64,000 bases of DNA, taken from Eledone cirrhosa (taxonomy: Eukaryota). The DNA is taken from NCBI GenBank assembly GCA_964016885.1, contig OZ024742.1:15190001-15254000 (forward strand), read 5' to 3'. The notes under the pieces are model-generated. The model was not told where the DNA came from. It searched no databases and worked only from the letters and a program-made list of their open reading frames with translations. Made by a program: the position numbers and the translations under genes. Below, piece after piece: positions 1 through 18,000 of the stretch (position 1 is the stretch's first letter; the number at the start of each line of letters is the position of its first letter).

Positions 1-3000
1 AAATTACCATATATATATATTGGTGAGGTGGCACAACTTAGCTCAAACTAATCATATCTAAATTACCATATATATGGCCATCCAAACCCATGCAAGCGTG
101 GAACACGGACGTCAAACGATGATGATGATGATGATGATTGGTGAGGTGGCACCACTTAGCTCAAACTAATCATATCTAAATTACCATATATATATATATA
201 TTGGTGAGGTGGCACCACTAAGCTGAAACTAATCATATCTAAATTACCATATATATATATTGGTGAGGTGGCACCACTTAGTTCAAACTAATCATATCTA
301 AATTACCATATATATATATTGGTGAGGTGGCACCACTTAGCTCAAACTAATCATATCTAAATTACCATATATATATATTGGTGAGGTGGCACCACTTAAC
401 TCAAACTAAACATATCTAAATTACTATATATATATATTGGTGAGGTGGCACCACTTAGCTCAAACTAATCATATCTAAATTACCATATATATATATTGGT
501 GAGGTGGCACCACTTAGCTCAAACTAATCTTATCTAAATTACCATATATATTGGTGAGGTGGCACCACTTAGCTCAAACTAATCATATCTAAATTACCAT
601 ATATATTGGTGAGGTGGCACCACTTAGCTCAAACTAATCACATCTAAATTACCATATATATTGGTGAGGTGGCACCACTTAGCTCAATCTCATCATATCT
701 AAATTACCATATATATTGGTGAGGTGGCACCACTTAACTCAAACTAATCATATCTAAATTACCATATATATATATTGGTGAGGTGGCACCACTTAGCTCA
801 AACTAATCATATCTAAATTACCATATATATATATTGGTGAGGTGGCACCACTTAGCTCAAACTAATCATATCTAAATTACCATATATATATATTGGTGAG
901 GTGGCACCACTTAGCTCAAACTAATCATATCTAAATTACCATATATATTGGTGAGGTGGCACCACTTAGCTCAAACTAATCATATCTAAATTACCATATA
1001 TATTGGTGAGGTGGCACCACTTAGCTCAAACTAATCATATCTAAATTACCATATATATATATATTGGTGAGGTGGCACCACTTAGCTCAAACTAATCATA
1101 TCTAAATTACCATATATATTGGTGAGGTGGCACCACTTAGCTCAAACTAATCATATCTAAATTACCATATATATATATTGGTGAGGTGGTACCACTTAGC
1201 TCAAACTAATCACATCTAAATTACCATATATATATATATTGGTGAGGTGGCACCACTTAGCTCAAACTAATCATATCTAAATTACCATATATATTGGTGA
1301 GGTGGCACCCCTTAGCTCAAACTAATCATATCTAAATTACCATATATATATATTGGTGAGGTGGTACCACTTAGCTCAAACTAATCACATCTAAATTACC
1401 ATATATATTGGTGAGGTGGCACCACTTAACTCAAACTAATCATATCTAAATTACCATATATATTGGTGAGGTGGCACCACTTAGCTCAAACTAATCATAT
1501 CTAAATTACCATATATATATATTGGTGAGGTGGCACCACTTAGCTCAAACTAATCATATCTAAATTAACATATATACATATATTGGTGAGGTGGCACCAC
1601 TTAGCTCAAACTAATCATATCTAAATTACCATATATATTGGTGAGGTGGCACCACTTAGCTCAAACTAATCATATCTAAATTACCATATATATATATTGG
1701 TGAGGTGGCACCACTTAGCTCAAACTAATCATATCTAAATTACCATATATATATATTGGTGAGGTGGCACCACTTAGCTCAAACTAATCATATCTAAATT
1801 ACCATATATATTGGTGAGGTGGCACCACTTAGCTCAAACTAATCATATCTAAATTACCATATATATTGGTGAGGTGGCACCACTTAGCTCAAACTAATCA
1901 TATCTAAATTACCATATATATATATATTGGTGAGGTGGCACCACTTAGCTCAAACTAATCATATCTAAATTACCATATATATTGGTGAGGTGGCACCACT
2001 TTGCTCAAACTAATCATATCTAAATTACCATATATATATATTGGTGAGGTGGTACCACTTAGCTCAAACTAATCACATCTAAATTACCATATATATTGGT
2101 GAGGTGGTACCACTTAGCTCAAACTAATCACATCTAAATTACCATATATATTGGTGAGGTGGCACCACTTAACTCAAACTAATCATATCTAAATTACCAT
2201 ATATATTGGTGAGGTGGCACCACTTAGCTCAAACTAATCATATCTAAATTACCATATATATATATATTGGTGAGGTGGCACCACTTAACTCAAACTAATC
2301 ATATCTAAATTACCATATATATATATTGGTGAGGTGGTACCACTTAGCTCAAACTAATCACATCTAAATTACCATATATATTGGTGAGGTGGCACCACTT
2401 AGCTCAAACTAATCATATCTAAATTACCATATATATTGGTGAGGTGGCACTACTTAGCTCAAACTAATCATATCTAAATTACCATATATATATATTGGTG
2501 AGGTGGTACCACTTAGCTCAAACTAATCATATCTAAATTACCATATATATATATTGGTGAGGTGGTACCACTTAGCTCAAACTAATCATATCTAAATTAC
2601 CATATATATTGGTGAGGTGGCACCACTTAGCTCAAACTAATCATATCTAAATTACCATATATATTGGTGAGGTGGCACCACTTAGCTCAAACTAATCATA
2701 TCTAAATTACCATATATATTGGTGAGGTGGCACCACTTAGCTCAAACTAATCATATCTAAATTACCATATATATATATTGGTGAGGTGGCACCACTTAGC
2801 TCAAACTAATCATATCTAAATTACCATATATATGGCCATCCAAACCCATGCAAGCGTGGAACACGGACGTCTAACGATGATGATGATGATGATGATTGGT
2901 GAGGTGGCACCACTTAGCTCAAACTAATCATATCTAAATTACCATATATATATATATATTGGTGAGGTGGCACCACTAAGCTGAAACTAATCATATCTAA

Positions 3001-6000
3001 ATTACCATATATATATATTGGTGAGGTGGCACCACTTAGTTCAAACTAATCATATCTAAATTACCATATATATATATTGGTGAGGTGGCACCACTTAGCT
3101 CAAACTAATCATATCTAAATTACCATATATATATATTGGTGAGGTGGCACCACTTAACTCAAACTAAACATATCTAAATTACTATATATATATATTGGTG
3201 AGGTGGCACCACTTAGCTCAAACTAATCATATCTAAATTACCATATATATATATTGGGGAGGTGGCACCACTTAGCTCAAACTAATCACATCTAAATTAC
3301 CATATATATTGGTGAGGTGGCACCACTTAGTTCAAACTAATCATATCTAAATTACCATATATATTGGTGAGGTGGCACCACTTAGCTCAATCTCATCATA
3401 TCTAAATTACCATATATATTGGTGAGGTGGCACCACTTAACTCAAACTAATCATATCTAAATTACCATATATATATATTGGTGAGGTGGCACCACTTAGC
3501 TCAAACTAATCATATCTAAATTACCATATATATATATTGGTGAGGTGGCACCACTTAGCTCAAACTAATCATATCTAAATTACCATATATATATATTGGT
3601 GAGGTGGCACCACTTAGCTCAAACTAATCATATCTAAATTACCATATATATTGGTGAGGTGGCACCACTTAGCTCAAACTAATCATATCTAAATTACCAT
3701 ATATATTGGTGAGGTGGCACCACTTAGCTCAAACTAATCATATCTAAATTACCATATATATATATATTGGTGAGGTGGCACCACTTAGCTCAAACTAATC
3801 ATATCTAAATTACCATATATATTGGTGAGGTGGCACCACTTTGCTCAAACTAATCATATCTAAATTACCATATATATATATTGGTAAGGTGGTACCACTT
3901 AGCTCAAACTAATCACATCTAAATTACCATATATATTGGTGAGGTGGTACCACTTAGCTCAAACTAATCACATCTAAATTACCATATATATTGGTGAGGT
4001 GGCACCACTTAACTCAAACTAATCATATCTAAATTACCATATATATTGGTGAGGTGGCACCACTTAGCTCAAACTAATCATATCTAAATTACCATATATA
4101 TATATATTGGTGAGGTGGCACCACTTAACTCAAACTAATCATATCTAAATTACCATATATATATATTGGTGAGGTGGTACCACTTAGCTCAAACTAATCA
4201 CATCTAAATTACCATATATATTGGTGAGGTGGCACCACTTAGCTCAAACTAATCATATCTAAATTACCATATATATTGGTGAGGTGGCACCACTTAGCTC
4301 AAACTAATCATATCTAAATTACCATATATATATATTGGTGAGGTGGCACCACTAAGCTGAAACTAATCATATCTAAATTACCATATATATATATTGGTGA
4401 GGTGGCACAACTTAGCTCAAACTAATCATATCTAAATTACCATATATATGGCCATCCAAACCCATGCAAGCGTGGAACACGGACGTCAAACGATGATGAT
4501 GATGATGATGATTGGTGAGGTGGCACCACTTAGCTCAAACTAATCATATCTAAATTACCATATATATATATATATTGGTGAGGTGGCACCACTAAGCTGA
4601 AACTAATCATATCTAAATTACCATATATATATATTGGTGAGGTGGCACCACTTAGTTCAAACTAATCATATCTAAATTACCATATATATATATTGGTGAG
4701 GTGGCACCACTTAGCTCAAACTAATCATATCTAAATTACCATATATATATATTGGTGAGGTGGCACCACTTAACTCAAACTAAACATATCTAAATTACTA
4801 TATATATATATTGGTGAGGTGGCACCACTTAGCTCAAACTAATCATATCTAAATTACCATATATATATATTGGTGAGGTGGCACCACTTAGCTCAAACTA
4901 ATCTTATCTAAATTACCATATATATTGGTGAGGTGGCACCACTTAGCTCAAACTAATCATATCTAAATTACCATATATATTGGTGAGGTGGCACCACTTA
5001 GCTCAAACTAATCACATCTAAATTACCATATATATTGGTGAGGTGGCACCACTTAGCTCAATCTCATCATATCTAAATTACCATATATATTGGTGAGGTG
5101 GCACCACTTAACTCAAACTAATCATATCTAAATTACCATATATATATATTGGTGAGGTGGCACCACTTAGCTCAAACTAATCATATCTAAATTACCATAT
5201 ATATATATTGGTGAGGTGGCACCACTTAGCTCAAACTAATCATATCTAAATTACCATATATATATATTGGTGAGGTGGCACCACTTAGCTCAAACTAATC
5301 ATATCTAAATTACCATATATATTGGTGAGGTGGCACCACTTAGCTCAAACTAATCATATCTAAATTACCATATATATTGGTGAGGTGGCACCACTTAGCT
5401 CAAACTAATCATATCTAAATTACCATATATATATATATTGGTGAGGTGGCACCACTTAGCTCAAACTAATCATATCTAAATTACCATATATATTGGTGAG
5501 GTGGCACCACTTAGCTCAAACTAATCATATCTAAATTACCATATATATATATTGGTGAGGTGGTACCACTTAGCTCAAACTAATCACATCTAAATTACCA
5601 TATATATATATATTGGTGAGGTGGCACCACTTAGCTCAAACTAATCATATCTAAATTACCATATATATTGGTGAGGTGGCACCCCTTAGCTCAAACTAAT
5701 CATATCTAAATTACCATATATATATATTGGTGAGGTGGTACCACTTAGCTCAAACTAATCACATCTAAATTACCATATATATTGGTGAGGTGGCACCACT
5801 TAACTCAAACTAATCATATCTAAATTACCATATATATTGGTGAGGTGGCACCACTTAGCTCAAACTAATCATATCTAAATTACCATATATATATATTGGT
5901 GAGGTGGCACCACTTAGCTCAAACTAATCATATCTAAATTAACATATATACATATATTGGTGAGGTGGCACCACTTAGCTCAAACTAATCATATCTAAAT

Positions 6001-9000
6001 TACCATATATATTGGTGAGGTGGCACCACTTAGCTCAAACTAATCATATCTAAATTACCATATATATATATTGGTGAGGTGGCACCACTTAGCTCAAACT
6101 AATCATATCTAAATTACCATATATATATATTGGTGAGGTGGCACCACTTAGCTCAAACTAATCATATCTAAATTACCATATATATTGGTGAGGTGGCACC
6201 ACTTAGCTCAAACTAATCATATCTAAATTACCATATATATTGGTGAGGTGGCACCACTTAGCTCAAACTAATCATATCTAAATTACCATATATATATATA
6301 TTGGTGAGGTGGCACCACTTAGCTCAAACTAATCATATCTAAATTACCATATATATTGGTGAGGTGGCACCACTTTGCTCAAACTAATCATATCTAAATT
6401 ACCATATATATATATTGGTGAGGTGGTACCACTTAGCTCAAACTAATCACATCTAAATTACCATATATATTGGTGAGGTGGTACCACTTAGCTCAAACTA
6501 ATCACATCTAAATTACCATATATATTGGTGAGGTGGCACCACTTAACTCAAACTAATCATATCTAAATTACCATATATATTGGTGAGGTGGCACCACTTA
6601 GCTCAAACTAATCATATCTAAATTACCATATATATATATATTGGTGAGGTGGCACCACTTAACTCAAACTAATCATATCTAAATTACCATATATATATAT
6701 TGGTGAGGTGGTACCACTTAGCTCAAACTAATCACATCTAAATTACCATATATATTGGTGAGGTGGCACCACTTAGCTCAAACTAATCATATCTAAATTA
6801 CCATATATATTGGTGAGGTGGCACTACTTAGCTCAAACTAATCATATCTAAATTACCATATATATATATTGGTGAGGTGGTACCACTTAGCTCAAACTAA
6901 TCATATCTAAATTACCATATATATATATTGGTGAGGTGGTACCACTTAGCTCAAACTAATCATATCTAAATTACCATATATATTGGTGAGGTGGCACCAC
7001 TTAGCTCAAACTAATCATATCTAAATTACCATATATATTGGTGAGGTGGCACCACTTAGCTCAAACTAATCATATCTAAATTACCATATATATTGGTGAG
7101 GTGGCACCACTTAGCTCAAACTAATCATATCTAAATTACCATATATATATATTGGTGAGGTGGCACCACTTAGCTCAAACTAATCATATCTAAATTACCA
7201 TATATATGGCCATCCAAACCCATGCAAGCGTGGAACACGGACGTCTAACGATGATGATGATGATGATGATTGGTGAGGTGGCACCACTTAGCTCAAACTA
7301 ATCATATCTAAATTACCATATATATATATATATTGGTGAGGTGGCACCACTAAGCTGAAACTAATCATATCTAAATTACCATATATATATATTGGTGAGG
7401 TGGCACCACTTAGTTCAAACTAATCATATCTAAATTACCATATATATATATTGGTGAGGTGGCACCACTTAGCTCAAACTAATCATATCTAAATTACCAT
7501 ATATATATATTGGTGAGGTGGCACCACTTAACTCAAACTAAACATATCTAAATTACTATATATATATATTGGTGAGGTGGCACCACTTAGCTCAAACTAA
7601 TCATATCTAAATTACCATATATATATATTGGGGAGGTGGCACCACTTAGCTCAAACTAATCACATCTAAATTACCATATATATTGGTGAGGTGGCACCAC
7701 TTAGTTCAAACTAATCATATCTAAATTACCATATATATTGGTGAGGTGGCACCACTTAGCTCAATCTCATCATATCTAAATTACCATATATATTGGTGAG
7801 GTGGCACCACTTAACTCAAACTAATCATATCTAAATTACCATATATATATATTGGTGAGGTGGCACCACTTAGCTCAAACTAATCATATCTAAATTACCA
7901 TATATATATATTGGTGAGGTGGCACCACTTAGCTCAAACTAATCATATCTAAATTACCATATATATATATTGGTGAGGTGGCACCACTTAGCTCAAACTA
8001 ATCATATCTAAATTACCATATATATTGGTGAGGTGGCACCACTTAGCTCAAACTAATCATATCTAAATTACCATATATATTGGTGAGGTGGCACCACTTA
8101 GCTCAAACTAATCATATCTAAATTACCATATATATATATATTGGTGAGGTGGCACCACTTAGCTCAAACTAATCATATCTAAATTACCATATATATTGGT
8201 GAGGTGGCACCACTTTGCTCAAACTAATCATATCTAAATTACCATATATATATATTGGTAAGGTGGTACCACTTAGCTCAAACTAATCACATCTAAATTA
8301 CCATATATATTGGTGAGGTGGTACCACTTAGCTCAAACTAATCACATCTAAATTACCATATATATTGGTGAGGTGGCACCACTTAACTCAAACTAATCAT
8401 ATCTAAATTACCATATATATTGGTGAGGTGGCACCACTTAGCTCAAACTAATCATATCTAAATTACCATATATATATATATTGGTGAGGTGGCACCACTT
8501 AACTCAAACTAATCATATCTAAATTACCATATATATATATTGGTGAGGTGGTACCACTTAGCTCAAACTAATCACATCTAAATTACCATATATATTGGTG
8601 AGGTGGCACCACTTAGCTCAAACTAATCATATCTAAATTACCATATATATTGGTGAGGTGGCACTACTTAGCTCAAACTAATCATATCTAAATTACCATA
8701 TATATATATATTGGTGAGGTGGCACCACTTAGCTCAAACTAATCATATCTAAATTAACATATATACATATATTGGTGAGGTGGCACCACTTAGCTCAAAC
8801 TAATCATATCTAAATTACCATATATATATATTGGTGAGGTGGTACCACTTAGCTCAAACTAATCACATCTAAATTACCATATATATTGGTGAGGTGGTAC
8901 CACTTAGCTCAAACTAATCAAATCTAAATTACCATATATATTAGTGAGGTGGCACCACTTAACTCAAACTAATCATATCTAAATTACCATATATATTGGT

Positions 9001-12000
9001 GAGGTGGCACCACTTAGCTCAAACTAATCATATCTAAATTACCATATATATATATATTGGTGAGGTGGTACCACTTAGCTCAAACTAATCACATCTAAAT
9101 TACCATATATATTGGTGAGGTGGCACCACTTAGCTCAAACTAATCATATCTAAATTACCATATATATTGGTGAGGTGGCACTACTTAGCTCAAACTAATC
9201 ACATCTAAATTACCATATATATATATTGGTGAGGTGGTACCACTTAGCTCAAACTAATCACATCTAAATTACCATATATATATATTGGTGAGGTGGCACC
9301 ACTTAGCTCAAACTAATCATATCTAAATTACCATATATATATATTGGTGAGGTGGCACCACTTAGCTCAAACTAATCACATCTAAATTACCATATATATA
9401 TATTGGTGAGGTGGTACCACTTAGCTCAAACTAATCATATCTAAATTACCATATATATTGGTGAGGTGGCACCACTTAGCTCAAACTAATCATATCTAAA
9501 TTACCATATATATATATTGGTGAGGTGGCACCACTTAGCTCAAACTAATCATATCTAAATTACCATATATATGGCCATCCAAACCCATGCAAGCGTGGAA
9601 CACGGACGTCAAACGATGATGATGATGATGATGATTGGTGAGGTGGCACCACTTAGCTCAAACTAATCATATCTAAATTACCATATATATTGGTGAGGTG
9701 GCACCACTTAGCTCAAACTAATCATATCTAAATTACCATATATATATATTGGTGAGGTGGCACCACTTAGCTCAAACTAATCATATCTAAATTACCATAT
9801 ATATGGCCATCCAAACCCATGCAAGCGTGGAACACGGACGTCAAACGATGATGATGATGATTGGTGAGGTGGCACCACTTAGCTCAAACTAATCATATCT
9901 AAATTACCATATATATATATTGGTGAGGTGGCACCACTTAGCTCAAACTAATCACATCTAAATTACCATATATATATATTGGTGAGGTGGTACCACTTAG
10001 CTCAAACTAATCATATCTAAATTACCATATACATATATTGGTGAGGTGGCACCACTTAGCTCAAACTAATCACATCTAAATTACCATATATATTGGTGAG
10101 GTGGCACCACTTAGCTCAATCTCATCATATCTAAATTACCATATATATTGGTGAGGTGGCACCACTTAACTCAAACTAATCATATCTAAATTACCATATA
10201 TATATATTGGTGAGGTGGCACCACTTAGCTCAAACTAATCATATCTAAATTACCATATATATATATTGGTGAGGTGGCACCACTTAGCTCAAACTAATCA
10301 TATCTAAATTACCATATATATATATTGGTGAGGTGGCACCACTTAGCTCAAACTAATCATATCTAAATTACCATATATATTGGTGAGGTGGCACCACTTA
10401 GCTCAAACTAATCATATCTAAATTACCATATATATTGGTGAGGTGGCACCACTTAGCTCAAACTAATCATATCTAAATTACCATATATATATATATTGGT
10501 GAGGTGGCACCACTTAGCTCAAACTAATCATATCTAAATTACCATATATATTGGTGAGGTGGCACCACTTTGCTCAAACTAATCATATCTAAAATACCAT
10601 ATATATATATTGGTGAGGTGGTACCACTTAGCTCAAACTAATAACATCTAAATTACCATATATATTGGTGAGGTGGTACCACTTAGCTCAAACTAATCAC
10701 ATCTAAATTACCATATATATTGGTGAGGTGGCACCACTTAACTCAAACTAATCATATCTAAATTACCATATATATTGGTGAGGTGGCACCACTTAGCTCA
10801 AACTAATCATATCTAAATTACCATATATATATATATTGGTGAGGTGGCACCACTTAACTCAAACTAGTCATATCTAAATTACCATATATATATATTGGTG
10901 AGGTGGTACCACTTAGCTCAAACTAATCACATCTAAATTACCATATATATTGGTGAGGTGGCACCACTTAGCTCAAACTAATCATATCTAAATTACCATA
11001 TATATTGGTGAGGTGGCACTACTTAGCTCAAACTAATCATATCTAAATTACCATATATATATATATTGGTGAGGTGGCACCACTTAGCTCAAACTAATCA
11101 TATCTAAATTAACATATATACATATATTGGTGAGGTGGCACCACTTAGCTCAAACTAATCATATCTAAATTACCATATATATATATTGGTGAGGTGGTAC
11201 CACTTAGCTCAAACTAATCACATCTAAATTACCATATATATTGGTGAGGTGGTACCACTTAGCTCAAACTAATCAAATCTAAATTACCATATATATTAGT
11301 GAGGTGGCACCACTTAACTCAAACTAATCATATCTAAATTACCATATATATTGGTGAGGTGGCACCACTTAGCTCAAACTAATCATATCTAAATTACCAT
11401 ATATATATATATTGGTGAGGTGGTACCACTTAGCTCAAACTAATCACATCTAAATTACCATATATATTGGTGAGGTGGCACCACTTAGCTCAAACTAATC
11501 ATATCTAAATTACCATATATATTGGTGAGGTGGCACTATTTAGCTCAAACTAATCACATCTAAATTACCATATATATATATTGGTGAGGTGGTACCACTT
11601 AGCTCAAACTAATCACATCTAAATTACCATATATATATATTGGTGAGGTGGCACCACTTAGCTCAAACTAATCATATCTAAATTACCATATATATATATT
11701 GGTGAGGTGGCACCACTTAGCTCAAAGTAATCACATCTAAATTACCATATATATATATTGGTGAGGTGGTACCACTTAGCTCAAACTAATCATATCTAAA
11801 TTACCATATATATTGGTGAGGTGGCACCACTTAGCTCAAACTAATCATATCTAAATTACCATATATATATATTGGTGAGGTGGCACCACTTAGCTCAAAC
11901 TAATCATATCTAAATTACCATATATATGGCCATCCAAACCCATGCAAGCGTGGAACACGGACGTCAAACGATGATGATGATGATTGGTGAGGTGGCACCA

Positions 12001-15000
12001 CTTAGCTCAAACTAATCATATCTAAATTACCATATATATATATATATATATTGGTGAGGTGGCACCACTAAGCTGAAACTAATCATATCTAAATTACCAT
12101 ATATATATATTGGTGAGGTGGCACCACTTAGCTCAAACTAATCACATCTAAATTACCATATATATATATTGGTGAGGTGGTACCACTTAGCTCAAACTAA
12201 TCATATCTAAATTACCATATACATATATTGGTGAGGTGGCACCACTTAGCTGAAACTAATCATATCTAAATTACCATATATATTGGTGAGGTGGCACCAC
12301 TTAGCTCAAACTAATCATATCTAAATTACCATATATATATTGGTGAGGTGGCACCACTTAGCTCAAACTAATCATATCTAAATTACCATATATATATATT
12401 GGTGAGGTGGCACCACTTAGCTCAAACTAATCATATCTAAATTACCATATATATATATATTGGTGAGGTGGCACCACTTAGCTCAAACTAATCATATCTA
12501 AATTACCATATATATTGGTGAGGTGGCACCACTTAGCTCAAGCTAATCATATCTAAATTACCATATATATATATATTGGTGAGGTGGCACCACTTAGCTC
12601 AAACTAATCATATCTAAATTACCATATATATTGGTGAGGTGGCACCACTTAGCTGAAACTAATCATATCTAAATTACCATATATATATATATTGGTGAGG
12701 TGGCACTACTTAGCTCAAACTAATCATATCTAAATTACCATATATATTGGTGAGGTGGCACCACTTAGCTCAAACTAATCATATCTATATTACCATATAT
12801 ATATATATTGGTGAGGTGGTACCACTTAGCTCAAACTAATCACATCTAAATTACCATATATATTGGTGAGGTGGCACCACTTAGCTCAAACTAATCATAT
12901 CTATATTACCATATATATATATATTGGTGAGGTGGCACCACTTAGCTCAAACTAATCATATCTAAATTACCATATATATATATATTGGTGAGGTGGCACC
13001 ACTTAGCTCAAACTAATCATATCTAAATTACCATATATATTGGTGAGGTGGCACCACTTAGCTCAAACTAATCATATCTAAATTACCATATATATATATT
13101 GGTGAGGTGGCACCACTTAGCTCAAACTAATCATATCTAAATTACCATATATATATATATTGGTGAGGTGGCACCACTTAGCTCAAACTAATCACATCTA
13201 AATTACCATATATATTGGTGAGGTGGCACCACTTAGCTCAAACTAATCATATCTAAATTACCATATATATATATATTGGTGAGGTGGCACCACTTAGCTC
13301 AAACTAATCATATCTAAATTAACATATATACATATATTGGTGAGGTGGTACCACTTAGCTCAAACTAATCATATCTAAATTACCATATATATATATTGGT
13401 GAGGTGGTACCACTTAGCTCAAACTAATCACATCTAAATTACCATATATATTGGTGAGGTGGCACCACTTAGCTCAAACTAATCATATCTAAATTACCAT
13501 ATATATATATTGGTGAGGTGGTACCACTTAGCTCAAACTAATCACATCTAAATTACCATATATATTGGTGAGGTGGCACCACTTAGCTCAAACTAATCAT
13601 ATCTAAATTACCATATATATATATATTGGTGAGGTGGCACCACTTAGCTCAAACTAATCATATCTAAATTAACATATATACATATATTGGTGAGGTGGCA
13701 CCACTTAGCTCAAACTAATCATATCTAAATTACCATATATATATATTGGTGAGGTGGCACCATTTAGCTCAAACTAATCACATCTAAATTACCATATATA
13801 TATATTGGTGAGATGGTACCACTTAGCTCAAACTAATCATATCTAAATTACCATATATATTGGTGAGGTGGTACCACTTAGCTCAAACTAATCATATCTA
13901 AATTACCATATATATTGGTGAGGTGGCACCACTTAGCTCAAACTAATCACATCTAAATTACCATATATATATATTGGTGAGATGGTACCACTTAGCTCAA
14001 ACTAATCATATCTAAATTACCATATATATTGGTGAGGTGGCACCACTTAGCTCAAACTAATCACATCTAAATTACCATATATATATATTGGTGAGGTGGT
14101 ACCACTTAGCTCAAACTAATCATATCTAAATTACCATATATATATATTGGTGAGGTGGCACCACTTAGCTCAAACTAATCATATCTAAATTACCATATAC
14201 ATATATTGGTGAGGTGGCACCACTTAGCTCAAACTAATCATATCTAAATTACCATATATATTGGTGAGGTGGCACCACTTAGCTCAAACTAATCATATCT
14301 AAATTACCATATATATTGGTGAGGTGGCACCACTTAGCTCAAACTAATCATATCTAAATTACCATATATATTGGTGAGGTGGCACCACTTAGCTCAAACT
14401 AATCATATCTAAATTACCATATATATATATTGGTGAGGTGGCACCACTAAGCTGAAACTAATCATATCTAAATTACCATATATATATATTGGTGAGGTGG
14501 CACAACTTAGCTCAAACTAATCATATCTAAATTACCATATATATATATTGGTGAGGTGGCACCACTTAGCTCAAACTAATCATATCTAAATTACCATATA
14601 TATGGCCATCCAAACCCATGCAAGCGTGGAACACGGACGTCAAACGATGATGATGATGATGATGATGATTGGTGAGGTGGCACCACTTAGCTCAAACTAA
14701 TCATATCTAAATTACCATATATATATATATATTGGTGAGGTGGCACCACTAAGCTGAAACTAATCATATCTAAATTACCATATATATATATTGGTGAGGT
14801 GGCACCACTTAGTTCAAACTAATCATATCTAAATTACCATATATATATATTGGTGAGGTGGCACCACTTAGCTCAAACTAATCATATCTAAATTACCATA
14901 TATATATATTGGTGAGGTGGCACCACTTAACTCAAACTAAACATATCTAAATTACTATATATATATATTGGTGAGGTGGCACCACTTAGCTCAAACTAAT

Positions 15001-18000
15001 CATATCTAAATTACCATATATATATATTGGTGAGGTGGCACCACTTAGCTCAAACTAATCACATCTAAATTACGATATATATTGGTGAGGTGGCACCACT
15101 TAGCTCAAACTAATCATATCTAAATTACCATATATATTGGTGAGGTGGCACCACTTAGCTCAAACTAATCACATCTAAATTACCATATATATTGGTGAGG
15201 TGGCACCACTTAGCTCAATCTCATCATATCTAAATTACCATATATATTGGTGAGGTGGCACCACTTAACTCAAACTAATCATATCTAAATTACCATATAT
15301 ATATATTGGTGAGGTGGCACCACTTAGCTCAAACTAATCATATCTAAATTACCATATATATATATTGGTGAGGTGGCACCACTTAGCTCAAACTAATCAT
15401 ATCTAAATTACCATATATATATATTGGTGAGGTGGCACCACTTAGCTCAAACTAATCATATCTAAATTACCATATATATTGGTGAGGTGGCACCACTTAG
15501 CTCAAACTAATCATATCTAAATTACCATATATATTGGTGAGGTGGCACCACTTAGCTCAAACTAATCATATCTAAATTACCATATATATATATATTGGTG
15601 AGGTGGCACCACTTAGCTCAAACTAATCATATCTAAATTACCATATATATATATTGGTGAGGTGGCACCACTTAGCTCAAACTAATCATATCTAAATTAC
15701 CATATATATATATTGGTGAGGTGGTACCACTTAGCTCAAACTAATCACATCTAAATTACCATATATATATATATTGGTGAGGTGGCACCACTTAGCTCAA
15801 ACTAATCATATCTAAATTACCATATATATTGGTGAGGTGGCACCCCTTAGCTCAAACTAATCATATCTAAATTACCATATATATATATTGGTGAGGTGGT
15901 ACCACTTAGCTCAAACTAATCACATCTAAATTACCATATATATTGGTGAGGTGGCACCACTTAACTCAAACTAATCATATCTAAATTACCATATATATTG
16001 GTGAGGTGGCACCACTTAGCTCAAACTAATCATATCTAAATTACCATATATATATATATTGGTGAGGTGGCACCACTTAGCTCAAACTAATCATATCTAA
16101 ATTAACATATATACATATATTGGTGAGGTGGCACCACTTAGCTCAAACTAATCATATCTAAATTACCATATATATATATTGGTGAGGTGGCACCACTTAG
16201 CTCAAACTAATCACATCTAAATTACCATATATATATATTGGTGAGGTGGTACCACTTTGCTCAAACTAATCACATCTAAATTACCATATATATATATTGG
16301 TGAGGTGGTACCACTTAGCTCAAACTAATCATATCTAAATTACCATATATATTGGTGAGGTGGCACCACTTAGCTCAAACTAATCACATCTAAATTACCA
16401 TATATATATATTGGTGAGGTGGTACCACTTAGCTCAAACTAATCATATCTAAATTACCATATATATATATTGGTGAGGTGGTACCACTTAGCTCAAACTA
16501 ATCATATCTAAATTACCATATATATTGGTGAGGTGGCCCCACTTAGCTCAAACTAATCATATCTAAATTACCATATATATTGGTGAGGTGGCACCACTTA
16601 GCTCAAACTAATCATATCTAAATTACCATATATATTGGTGAGGTGGCACCACTTAGCTCAAACTAATCATATCTAAATTACCATATATATTGGTGAGGTG
16701 GCACCACTTAGCTCAAACTAATCATATCTAAATTACCATATATATTGGTGAGGTGGCACCACTTAGCTCAAACTAATCATATCTAAATTACCATATATAT
16801 TGGTGAGGTGGCACCACTTAGCTCAAACTAATCATATCTAAATTACCATATATATTGGTGAGGTGGCCCCACTTAGCTCAAACTAATCATATCTAAATTA
16901 CCATATATATTGGTGAGGTGGCACCACTTAGCTCAAACTAATCATATCTAAATTACCATATATATTGGTGAGGTGGCACCACTTAGCTCAAACTAATCAT
17001 ATCTAAATTACCATATATATTGGTGAGGTGGCACCACTTAGCTCAAACTAATCATATCTAAATTACCATATATATTGGTGAGGTGGCACCACTTAGCTCA
17101 AACTAATCATATCTAAATTACCATATATATTGGTGAGGTGGCACCACTTAGCTCAAACTAATCATATCTAAATTACCATATATATTGGTGAGGTGGCACC
17201 ACTTAGCTCAAACTAATCATATCTAAATTACCATATATATTGGTGAGGTGGCACCACTTAGCTCAAACTAATCATATCTAAATTACCATATATATATATT
17301 GGTGAGCTGGCACCACTTAGCTCAAACTAATCATATCTAAATTACCATATATATGGCCATCCAAACCCATGCAAGCGTGGAACACGGACGTCTAACGATG
17401 ATGATGATGATGATGATTGGTGAGGTGGCACCACTTAGCTCAAACTAATCATATCTAAATTACCATATATATATATATATTGGTGAGGTGGCACCACTAA
17501 GCTGAAACTAATCATATCTAAATTACCATATATATATATTGGTGAGGTGGCACCACTTAGTTCAAACTAATCATATCTAAATTACCATATATATATATTG
17601 GTGAGGTGGCACCACTTAGCTCAAACTAATCATATCTAAATTACCATATATATATATTGGTGAGGTGGCACCACTTAACTCAAACTAAACATATCTAAAT
17701 TACTATATATATATATTGGTGAGGTGGCACCACTTAGCTCAAACTAATCATATCTAAATTACCATATATATATATTGGTGAGGTGGCACCACTTAGCTCA
17801 AACTAATCACATCTAAATTACCATATATATTGGTGAGGTGGCACCACTTAGTTCAAACTAATCATATCTAAATTACCATATATATTGGTGAGGTGGCACC
17901 ACTTAGCTCAAACTAATCACATCTAAATTACCATATATATTGGTGAGGTGGCACCACTTAGCTCAATCTCATCATATCTAAATTACCATATATATTGGTG

